From an uncultured Chloroflexia bacterium (GTDB lineage Bacteria > Chloroflexota > Limnocylindria > Limnocylindrales > CSP1-4), in NCBI GenBank assembly GCA_963780425.1, contig CAWABZ010000001.1, positions 13,084 to 77,083 on the forward strand: 64,000 nt of DNA. The letters are read 5' to 3'. This document shows positions 22,396-31,041 of the stretch, piece after piece. Numbering within the stretch: the stretch's first letter is position 1; the number at the start of each line of letters is the position of its first letter. The position numbers and the translations under genes were made by a program. The notes under the pieces are model-generated. The model made no database searches. It was given only the letters and a program-made list of their open reading frames with translations, and was not told the DNA's origin.

Positions 22396-22402
22396 TACCG
22401 TA
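22396..22402. promoter_or_regulatory. Overlapping -10 elements for two divergent leaderless genes
   Basis: TACCGT plus 6 nt to ATG 22408 on +; TACGGT plus 7 nt to ATG 22389 on -. Confidence 0.55.
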
Positions 22403-22407
22403 GCGGC

Positions 22408-22665
22408 ATGTGCCGAAGCATCAAGACCCTCCGTCGTCCGGGTGAAGTGGCGACGACCGGGGAGCTGGAGGCGGCCGCCCGCCAGTTCGTCCGCAAGGTC
22501 AGCGGCTATCGCGAGCCGAGCGCCCGCAATCAGGAGGCCTTCGAGGCCGCGATCCGCGACGTCGCCGCCGCGAGCCGCCGGCTCGTGGAGGCCATCGGTG
22601 TCGACGTCGAGGATGGCCCGAACCACTGGGTCGGCCGTGACGGCGTGGTCCACACCGGGGCGTGA
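22408..22665 (+). CDS. DUF2277 family small protein
   Basis: MCRSIKTL..AAARQFVRKVSG....SARNQEAF. Confidence 0.85.
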   Translation: MCRSIKTLRRPGEVATTGELEAAARQFVRKVSGYREPSARNQEAFEAAIRDVAAASRRLVEAIGVDVEDGPNHWVGRDGVVHTGA

Positions 22666-23894
22666 CGACGGTCGCCGCCCCGTGGTGGGTCCGCCCCGGA
22701 CTCGATGTCGTTGACGGCCGGCTGACCATCGCGGGGCGTGACCCCGAGGCGCTGGTCCGCGAGCACGGGACGCCGTTGTTCGCCTACGACCTCGCCCGCT
22801 TCGGCGAGAACGCCCGCGCGATCCAGGCCGCGTTCTCGCCGACCGGCCTGCCGTTCCAGCTCCGGCTCGCCCTCAAGGCGAGCCCTTTTCCTGAAGTGCT
22901 CGGCGTGTTCCGTTCGCTCGGCGCGCCCGGCGAGCCGGGCTCGGTCGGTATCGACGCCTGCTCGCCCGGCGAGGTGCTGCGTGCGCTCGAGTGCGGCTGG
23001 CGGCGCGACGAGATCAGCTACACCGGCACGAACGTCTCCGAGCGCGATCTCGACGTGCTGCTGGCGCACGGCATCCACCTCAACCTCGACGCGATCAGCC
23101 AGATCGCCCGGTATGGCCGCCGCGCCCCGGGCACGGCGATCGGGATCCGTATCGATCCGGGCACGGGCGCCGGCTACAACGCCCACCTCGAGTACGCGGG
23201 CGACCGGCCGACGAAATTCGGCATCGGTCTCGAGCGGTTCGACGAGGCGCTCGCCGTGGCCGCGGAGCACGCGCTGGCGATCGACACGATCCACTTCCAT
23301 GCCGGGTCCGGCTGGCTCGCCGAGGGGCTGGATGCCTTCGAGCAGGCGCTGCCGGTCGCGGTCGAGGCGGTCGGGCGGGCGCGCGCCGCCGGCCACGCGA
23401 TCACCGAAGTCAACGTCGGGGGCGGGCTCGGGGTGCCGGCACGGTCGGACGAATCGGGGGTCGACCTGGCGCGGTATGCGGCGGTCGTGGCGCGACATCT
23501 CGGGCCTCTCGGCGTCACCGTGACCGCGGAGCCCGGCGACGCGCTGACGAAGGACGCCGGGATCCTCCTGGCCGAGGTCGTCACGGTCGAGACCCGGCGG
23601 GGCGTGACGTTCGTCGGCCTCGACATCGGCTGGAACGTGAACTGCGCCTACTTCATCTACGGGTTCGCGCAGGAGATCGTCCCGTGTCGCGACCCGGCGT
23701 CCGAGCGGACCCAACGGGTCACGATCGCGGGCCACATCAACGAGGCGAGCGACGTGTTCGCCGAGGACTATCCGATGGCGCCGGTGGCGGAGGGCGACGT
23801 GGTCGCCCTGCTCAACGCGGGCGGCTATCACCAGGCGATGAGCTCGACCCATTGCCTGCGGCCGACCGGGACCGCGCTGTTCCTCGAGCGCTAG
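22662..23894 (+). CDS. Diaminopimelate decarboxylase-like PLP enzyme (alanine racemase fold) with atypical active site
   Basis: ALKAS PLP lysine, KFGI, HFHAGS, NVGGG, EPG; the catalytic Cys motif reads GHINEASD. Confidence 0.75.
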   Translation: MTTVAAPWWVRPGLDVVDGRLTIAGRDPEALVREHGTPLFAYDLARFGENARAIQAAFSPTGLPFQLRLALKASPFPEVLGVFRSLGAPGEPGSVGIDACSPGEVLRALECGWRRDEISYTGTNVSERDLDVLLAHGIHLNLDAISQIARYGRRAPGTAIGIRIDPGTGAGYNAHLEYAGDRPTKFGIGLERFDEALAVAAEHALAIDTIHFHAGSGWLAEGLDAFEQALPVAVEAVGRARAAGHAITEVNVGGGLGVPARSDESGVDLARYAAVVARHLGPLGVTVTAEPGDALTKDAGILLAEVVTVETRRGVTFVGLDIGWNVNCAYFIYGFAQEIVPCRDPASERTQRVTIAGHINEASDVFAEDYPMAPVAEGDVVALLNAGGYHQAMSSTHCLRPTGTALFLER

Positions 23895-23936
23895 GAAGGC
23901 GGGGCTGCGCGATCCGCGCGCCCCGCGCTCGGAGCG

Positions 23937-24626
23937 TCAGGCGGCGGAGCGCCCCAGCGACCGCGACGGGATCGCGAAGGCCTGGAACAGGGCGATCGCC
24001 CAGAACACCAGAGTGAGCGGGTCGGCCTGGACCGAGTCCATGACCACGCTGATGATGAAGTCGGGCGGCTGGATGACCTCGAGGGTCAAGCCTTCGGCGG
24101 CCAGCTCCTGGCCGACGAAATGGGCGACGATCAGGTATTCGCTGATGACCAGCGCAAGAAGCGTCAGGACGACGGAGATGGCCACCAGGACGACGGATCC
24201 GCGGCGGTTCGCGCCGAGGACGACTCCGTAGCCGACGATGAAGCCAACGGCGATCGCCACCAGTCCGACCTGATACTGGGTGACCGCGACGACGCCATAC
24301 CAGATGCCGGTCGCAAGGACCGCGGCCACGAGGCCGGCGAGCAGGCCACCGACGATGTCGCTCGTGCTCGCGGGTTGCTTTGGGGTGGCATCGGGGGCGC
24401 TGACGGCCGGTCCGCCGACCATGGTGCCCGGGTCGAGCGGCGATGCGAGAGCCGCGACCCCGACACCGCCATCGGCCGCGGCGAGGGTCGACGGTGGTCC
24501 CGATACGCCGCCGATCGGTCGTGGCTCGGACGCGGCGACGATCTCACGCGCGCCGCCACAGCTGTAGCACGAGCTCGCCGAGGCGCGGTTGATCGACTTG
24601 CAGTTGCCGCAGACCCAATCGTTCAC
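23937..24626 (-). CDS. Membrane protein with N-terminal RanBP2-type zinc finger
   Basis: WVCGNC..N....SSCYSC followed by linker and 4-5 hydrophobic helices. Confidence 0.7.
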   Translation of the reverse strand: MNDWVCGNCKSINRASASSCYSCGGAREIVAASEPRPIGGVSGPPSTLAAADGGVGVAALASPLDPGTMVGGPAVSAPDATPKQPASTSDIVGGLLAGLVAAVLATGIWYGVVAVTQYQVGLVAIAVGFIVGYGVVLGANRRGSVVLVAISVVLTLLALVISEYLIVAHFVGQELAAEGLTLEVIQPPDFIISVVMDSVQADPLTLVFWAIALFQAFAIPSRSLGRSAA

Positions 24627-24739
24627 GAACGGACCCCCTTGCGATAGACCGGTCCTCGACCGGGCGGGCCGAAGTATGGCGACGGCCCTCCGTGCGAACG
24701 ACCATCCGACGGTCCGGGGGTCGACCAGTACACTCGCCG

Positions 24740-25615
24740 GTGATGACGCAGAACGCCGAACGAGATGCCCCGCCGACGCGTCACATCACGACGCGGTCGA
24801 TCGTGGCCGTGCGGGGTTCGACGCTCGAGATCCGCGGGGACAGGGTCGTCGGGGAGGCACCGCTCGAGATCCGCGCGGCGGGCCCCGACCAGGATCCGGT
24901 CGCGGTCGCCGTCACGATGCGGACGCCCGGGCACGAGGCAGAGCTGGCAGTCGGCTTCCTGCGCACGGAGGGGCTGATCGACGGTCCCGAGGTCGTCGGC
25001 ACGGAAAGCGGCGATCCGGTCACGCTCAACCAGCCGGATGACACGATCGTCGTGCGCCTGTCCACCCCGTTCGACGACTCGGCCGTGGCGGAGCGCCATT
25101 TCGTCGCGACCGCCTCGTGCGGGATCTGCGGCAAGGCGTCGATCGACGAGGTCGTACTGCGCTGCGAGGTCCTGCCGGAGGGGCCGGTCGTGCCACGGTC
25201 CGTGGTGATCGCCCTGCCCGACCTGCTTCGCGCCGCCCAGAAGGCGTTCGATGAAACGGGCGGGCTCCACGCTGCGGCGCTGTTCTCGCCGCGCGGCGAG
25301 TTGATCGCCATCCGCGAGGACGTCGGCCGGCACAACGCTCTCGACAAGCTCGTCGGGTCGCAGGTCTTCGCGGGTGCGCTCCCGCTGCACGACAGGATCC
25401 TGATGGTCTCGGGTCGGGTCAGCTTCGAGATCGTCCAGAAGGCCGCGGTCGCGGGCGTGCCGATCGTCGCGGCGGTGTCGGCGCCATCGGATCTGGCGGT
25501 CGAGACCGCGGAGCGTCTCGGTGTGACGCTCGTCGGGTTCCTGCGCGGGGACCGGTTCAACGTCTACAGCCACGACCGCCGGATCGACCTGCGCGACCTG
25601 ACGGGCTGGGGCTGA
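24740..25615 (+). CDS. fdhD: Formate dehydrogenase accessory sulfurtransferase
   Basis: MRTPGHEAELAVGFL, SCGICGK, TGGLHAAALF, REDVGRHNALDK, SGRVSFEIVQKA; TACACT -10 just upstream. Confidence 0.93.
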   Translation: MMTQNAERDAPPTRHITTRSIVAVRGSTLEIRGDRVVGEAPLEIRAAGPDQDPVAVAVTMRTPGHEAELAVGFLRTEGLIDGPEVVGTESGDPVTLNQPDDTIVVRLSTPFDDSAVAERHFVATASCGICGKASIDEVVLRCEVLPEGPVVPRSVVIALPDLLRAAQKAFDETGGLHAAALFSPRGELIAIREDVGRHNALDKLVGSQVFAGALPLHDRILMVSGRVSFEIVQKAAVAGVPIVAAVSAPSDLAVETAERLGVTLVGFLRGDRFNVYSHDRRIDLRDLTGWG

Positions 25616-25624
25616 CGGCACGTC

Positions 25625-25654
25625 CCCGCCCATGCCCAGCCCGCCCATGCCCAG
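25625..25654 (+). repeat. Two tandem copies of a 15-bp unit
   Basis: CCCGCCCATGCCCAG at 25625-25639 and 25640-25654. Confidence 0.8.
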
Positions 25655-25661
25655 CCAGACG

Positions 25662-25807
25662 GGTGTGCCTCTCAGACTGCAGACGGTGCTCGAAGGAGGG
25701 CTGGGGTGCGCCCCGAAGGCCCATGCGTGCTTGCGGAAGCACAGCCCAGGGTCCAAGACAGACCCACGGGCATGCTCGAGGTCCGTTAGCAGTCTGGGAA
25801 GCACACC
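25662..25807 (+). ncRNA. Candidate structured RNA or long inverted-repeat element upstream of the HTH-nuclease gene
   Basis: 19-bp stem 25662-25680/25789-25807 with one mismatch and one G-U, extended by GACGG/CCGTT and CTCGA/TCGAG, plus internal hairpins. Confidence 0.5.
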
Positions 25808-25859
25808 TCGCGCTCCGAGCGATAACGGCCGGTTGAGCGCCTCGTGGTTCCATCACCTG

Positions 25860-26626
25860 ATGCAGCGCGACCTGCCTCGCGATCGCCTCATGCAGCGCGA
25901 GGTCCAGACCCGTCTCCGTCGACTCGAACGCAAGGTCGGCGACGACCTGTTGCGATTGCGAACGGACGCCGCTGCCACGAAAGCGCAGGTCGCACGCGCC
26001 GCGGGTGTCGACCGAACGTTCTACGGTCGTGTCGAATCTGGGGATGCCCATCCGAGCCTGAAATCGCTTACGGCGGTCGCAGCGGCACTCGGGGCAGAGG
26101 TTCTGTCCGTCTGTACGCGGGTAGTGGCCCTCGGCTCACCGATCGTCATCAGGCGCGGATGGTCGAGGCCGTCCTTGGTCAGCTTCATCATGTGTGGCGC
26201 CCGCATCTTGAGGTCGCCGTGAGCCGGCCGGTCAGGGGGGTCATCGACGCCGTGCTCGAACGTCGAGATGGGCCGCTGTTGGTGATCGGTGAGTTCGAGG
26301 CGGCCCTTCCGCGGCTTGAACAGCAGATCCGATGCGATGTCCGAGAAGGCCGCATCGATCGGGTCGAGTGACCTGGTCGGGCCGCGGCCCGATGCCTGCT
26401 GTGTCGAGGTTGTTGATCTTGCGCTCGACCGAATCGACGAGGTCGGTCGCTCATCGACTCGAGGCGACCCTCCGGGCGGCGTACCCGGCCTCCACGCGCA
26501 AGGCGATCGCCGCGCTGTGCACGGGGTCGCAGTGGCCAGGCAATGCGATCGTCTGGGTACGGATCGAGGGTGACCGGGTCGAACTGCTCGATGGCCCACC
26601 GAGAGGTGTCGCCCGTAGGGCGGTGA
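25860..26626 (+). CDS. XRE-type HTH fused to PD-(D/E)XK-like nuclease domain (about 4 frameshifts)
   Basis: KAQVARAAGVDRTFYGRVESGDAHPSL HTH, then LEVAVSRPVRGVIDAVL..LLVIGEFE; pieced from ORFs starting 25632, 25844, 26289 and 26332. Confidence 0.65.
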
Positions 26627-26629
26627 GAC

Positions 26630-27733
26630 CTAGGCCTTTCGGGCGCTCGTTCACGAATTCGAAGCCGAACCGGCCCTTGATGCAGAGGTGGCCGTCCGTG
26701 ATGGACGAGTCGAGAGGCGATGTGACCTTCAGGATGCGATCGTCCTGGACGTGCAGGTCGACGGCACAGCCCACGCCGCAATACGGGCAGATCGTCGATG
26801 TGACGGTCTGGGCGGACTCGTCCCAGGTGCCGGCCTCGCGCATGTCGTACTCGGGCTTGGCCATCAGCGCTCCGGTCGGGCACACGCCGATGCAGTTGCC
26901 GCAGTACACGCAGGCCGATTCGGGGAGCGGGACGGCCTGTTCGGTCGAGATCCGAGCGTCGAATCCGCGACCCGCCACCGCGATCGCGAACGTGTTCTGG
27001 GCATCCTCGCCACACGCCTCGACGCACTTGTAGCAGAGGATGCATTTCGCGTAGTCGCGCACGTAGAGGTCGTTGTCGATCTTCGTCGGCTGGCGCGACA
27101 GTCGCCGCGAAGGCCGCCTCCTCGCCGGTCGGCGCGTGGTGGTGCCCCGCCTCGTGCGTGTCGCGCTCGCCGGGTGCCGCCGGCGCCGCAGGCGCGCCGA
27201 ACCGTCCCGGATCGGCGCCGTACCGGTCCATGTACGCGTGGATCGTGCCGTCGGGCGCGGCGGGGCCCGCGAGCGAGACGTCGACCGACGAGCCGAGGAA
27301 CTCCAGCACGACCTTGCGCGACGTGCGGACGCGGTCCGAGTCGGTCTGGACCTCCATCCCCGGTTCGACCGGTCGCGAGCAAGCGGGGGCGAGCACGCGG
27401 GAACCCGTGACTTCGACGACGCAGACCCGACAGACGTTGACCGGCGTGAGGTTGTCGGCGTAGCACAGGGTCGGCGTGTCGATGCCGAGCACGCGGCACG
27501 CTCCCAGGATCGTCGTCCCGGCGGGCACCGTCACCGGTCGTCCATCGATCGTCAGCTCGACGGGCGGTGGCGCCGCGACCGGCGGTGGCGCCGGCGGCCT
27601 GGACGGGTCGGGCCGGCGGGCTCAGGACGATCTCGGTAAGCGGCTGTGCCGCCGGCGCCTGCCCGGCATGCGGCGAGTTCGGGTCCGGCGCAGGGTCGCG
27701 TGACATCGACAGCCCGGTCGTGTCCTCGCTCAT
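26630..27733 (-). CDS. FDH iron-sulfur subunit (2Fe-2S, two 4Fe-4S, and the Mo-bisPGD N-terminal 4Fe-4S motif); frameshifted; 3' end uncertain
   Basis: PTLC..VNVCRVC..ACS, CILCYKCVEAC, CVYCGNCIGVCP, TICPYCGVGC..HLCIKGRFG; given frame runs on to 26451. Confidence 0.85.
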
Positions 27734-29580
27734 AGCGCCACCAGATCGGGCTGGCGCAGCGCCGATTCGATCGCCGACGAGGCGGTCTGACCGAGCCCGC
27801 AGATCGACGCATCGCGCATGGCCTGCCCGACCTCACGCAACAGCGTGAGCTCCTCATCACGCGATCGGACGCGCGAGCCGGCCGCGAGGCGCGCCAGCAG
27901 TTCTTCCTGGCGCACGCTGCCCACGCGGCACGGCACGCACTGGCCGCACGACTCGTCGCGGAAGAAGCGGGCGATGCGCCGCAGCGTGTCGACGAGGTCG
28001 ACGGTCTCGTCGAACACCATGATCACGCCGGAGCCGAGCGTGGCGCCGGCCGCGCGGGTCGCCTCGAACGTCAGCGGCAAGTCGAGGGACGATCGGCCCG
28101 ACGAACACCCCGGCCGCACCGCCGAGCAGGATCGCCCGGATGGAGCGCCCGCCCGGGACGCCCCCCGCCATCGCGATCAGGTCGCCCAGCGTCGCCCCGA
28201 ACTCGACCTCGTAGACCCCGGGCCGCGCGACGTGCCCCGACAGGCAGAACAGCCGCGGGCCGGTCGAACCGTCCGTGCCGATCGCCGCGTACGCCTCACC
28301 GCCCATCTCGATGATCAGCGGGACGTTGACCAGGGTCTCGACGTTGTTCACGACGGTCGGCTTCCCGAACAGGCCGACCTCGACCGGGAACGGCGGCTTG
28401 TTGCGCGGCTCGCCGCGCTTGCCCTCGATCGACTCGAAGAGAGCGGTCTCCTCCCCGCAGATGTAGGCGCCGGCGCCGCGGCGCACCTCGATATCGAACG
28501 CGAAACCCGCGCCCAGGATGTCCGGCCCGAGCAGGTTCGCGCCACGTGCCGCACCGATCGCGCCGCGGATCGCGGCCTCGGCTTCCGGGTACTCGCCGCG
28601 GATGTAGATATAGCCCTGGCTGGCACCCGTGGCGAAGGCGCCGATCGTCATCGCCTCGACCACAGCGAAGGGGTCGCCCTCGAGCAGCACCCGATCCTTG
28701 AACGTGCCTGGCTCCGACTCGTCGGCGTTGCAGACGAAGTAATGCGGCTGCGCGGCCTGCGATGCCACGGCCGCCCACTTGCGACCCGTCGGGAAGGCGG
28801 CACCGCCGCGGCCCATCAGCTTGGACGCCGTGACCTCGGCGATGACCGCCTCGCTGCCCATCTCGATGGTCTTCGCCAACGCCGCGTACCCGCCGTGTGC
28901 CCGGTAGTCGTCGAGGGACGCCGGGTCGACCACGCCGACCCGCCGGAGCAGCCGCAGCGACGGATCGCCGGTTCTGCGGGACGGGCGGCGGCAAGCGGCG
29001 TGAGCTGCGCGCCGTCGAGACGCGCGACGATCCCCGCGGCGTCGATCGGGGCAGCGCTTGCGACGGTCGGGTGCTCGCCTGCCGTCGTGAGCATGGCCGC
29101 CGGCGCGAGGTCGCACAGCCCAAGGCAGGGCGAACGGTGCCAGCCGACTTGACCGTCGCGCGCCGCCGCCCCCTCCGGACCGACCGACCGGCCGAGGTCC
29201 TCGCAGATCCGCTCCGCCCCGGCCAGCCGGCAGGCGATGTCGTCGCAGACGTGGGCCATGATCGGCGGTCGCGGGGTCGTGGCATACAGCGCGTAGAACG
29301 TGGCGACGCCGTACGCCTCCGCGGGCGCGACCGCGAGGCGTCTCGAGATGTAGTTGAGGGCAGGCTGGCTGATCCAGCCGATCCGATCCTGGACGGCGTG
29401 GAGGGCCGGGAGCAGTTGGGACCGCCTCGCCCGCGTCTCGTGACCGCCGCGCGCGGCGTGGCCGTCGACACCGGGCCGCCGGGCGCCGCCCGTCCAACCG
29501 GATTCCGGCGGACCGAGGGCCGCGTCCACGGCGGCACGCTCGGCCGGGGAAGCCAGCGGCCCGATGACGTGCAGGTCCAT
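27730..29580 (-). CDS. NuoE-NuoF fusion: NAD/FMN-binding diaphorase subunit of FDH (frameshifts near 28975 and 28090)
   Basis: [74 protein letters not shown]. Confidence 0.9.
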
Positions 29581-29629
29581 CGCGCCGAGTGTAGCCCCGA
29601 GGCGACGATGCGGGCGTACGATGCGGGCC

Positions 29630-30205
29630 ATGCCGAAACGCCGCTGGATCCAGTTCAGCGTCGACTGGCTGGAATGGTCGCAGCGCAACCTCGTGGCTGC
29701 CGTCCGAGCGACCGATCCGGCCAACCTCCACCGGCGGCCGGGGCCGCGGGCGCCATCCATCGCCTTCCACGCCTGGCACATGGCACGCTGGGCCGATCGA
29801 TACCAGGCCACCCTGCCGACCTCGGCCGCGCCGACCGACGTCGATGGGTCCCGCGAGATCTGGATCCGAGACGATGTCGTCGGGCCGTGGGGCCTCCGCG
29901 ACATCAGCCTCGGTGACTTCGGCGGGACCGGTGCGGGCCTCGACGACGAAGCCTCAGCCGCGCTTCCGCTCCCAGACGCCTCGGCGTTGCTCGACTACAT
30001 GACCGCCACGTTTGGTGCATTCGAGGATCGCGTCCGTGCCATCGACGACGACGCCGTACTCGACATCGTCTATGTCGACCTGTATGGCGACGAGTCGACC
30101 ATCGCCGATTCGATCGCGAATGCCACGTCGCACGCGGATCGCCACCTCGGCATGATCGAGGCGCTCCGTGGTGTGCTCGGCGACCCCGAGACGGTGACGG
30201 TCTAG
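29630..30205 (+). CDS. DinB/YfiT family protein
   Basis: [17 protein letters not shown] metal-His pattern; TACGAT -10 seven nt upstream. Confidence 0.8.
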   Translation: MPKRRWIQFSVDWLEWSQRNLVAAVRATDPANLHRRPGPRAPSIAFHAWHMARWADRYQATLPTSAAPTDVDGSREIWIRDDVVGPWGLRDISLGDFGGTGAGLDDEASAALPLPDASALLDYMTATFGAFEDRVRAIDDDAVLDIVYVDLYGDESTIADSIANATSHADRHLGMIEALRGVLGDPETVTV

Positions 30206-30218
30206 ACGGATCGGGCGC

Positions 30219-31037
30219 TCAGACCCTCAGCACACGGACGTCCAGCGGCTCGGTGCGGCCGCGCAGCGTGAGTGTCCGCAGCTCGAGGCTGTCGTCCAGG
30301 CCCGCGGCGGTCGCCGATGTCGAACTCACGAGGATCTCACCAGCGCCCGCCGCCGAGGCGAGCCGGGCGGTGACGTTCACGCTGTCGCCAAGCGCCGTGA
30401 AGTCGGTGACGGTATCGCCGACGGTGCCGACGTAGGCGTCGCCCGTGTGGATCCCGATCCCGAGTGGGAGCCACGGCTGCCCGGTCTCGCCGTGGCCGGT
30501 GGCCAACAAGAGGTCGCGTCCTGCTGCGACTGCTGCGTTCGGGTGCTCGGGGCCGGCCAACGCGGGGATGAATAGGGCGACGACCTCATCACCCACGTAC
30601 TTGTCGATCACTGCATTGTTTTCCAGGAGCACGCGCGTGGCCTCGTGGTAGAAGCGATCGAGGAGCCTCCTGAACGCTCCGGCACCCATACCCTCGGCCA
30701 TGGACGTCGAACCGCGGACGTCTGCAAAGAGCAGCGTCAACTCGATTTCGGCACCACCGCGTCCCCGTTCGAGGGCCTTGAAACAGAACCCGCAGATGCT
30801 CGGGCTCTTGGCCCATGGGCCCCGGTCGAATAGGCGCATGATCGGCGCGCCGGGTCCGGCGAATGGAGCGGCACACATCTTGCAGCGAGGCGAGCTCGGA
30901 ACCATCCGGAGGAAGCCTCGCCCGGTTGCGAATTCCCCGGCCTTGCCCTCGAGGATCGCCTTCCACATCGGGTCGGAGACGAAGGTGGAATCCCCCTCGG
31001 GATGGTCGCCGGGTGGCTGGTCCGGGGCGTCGCTCAT
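30219..31037 (-). CDS. Class III adenylate cyclase with N-terminal CxxC..CxxC module
   Basis: FADVRGST, KYVGD, GIGIHTG, DFTALGDSVNVTARL; CKMC and CGFC. Confidence 0.88.
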   Translation of the reverse strand: MSDAPDQPPGDHPEGDSTFVSDPMWKAILEGKAGEFATGRGFLRMVPSSPRCKMCAAPFAGPGAPIMRLFDRGPWAKSPSICGFCFKALERGRGGAEIELTLLFADVRGSTSMAEGMGAGAFRRLLDRFYHEATRVLLENNAVIDKYVGDEVVALFIPALAGPEHPNAAVAAGRDLLLATGHGETGQPWLPLGIGIHTGDAYVGTVGDTVTDFTALGDSVNVTARLASAAGAGEILVSSTSATAAGLDDSLELRTLTLRGRTEPLDVRVLRV

Positions 31038-31041
31038 GTGG

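Noticed and set aside
1102-29779. Long antisense or alternate-frame ORFs (for example 1102-3099, 19027-21267, 22530-23852, 27857-29779)
   Set aside because: Arg/Pro/Ala-rich shadows of real genes, expected at this GC content, with no motifs.
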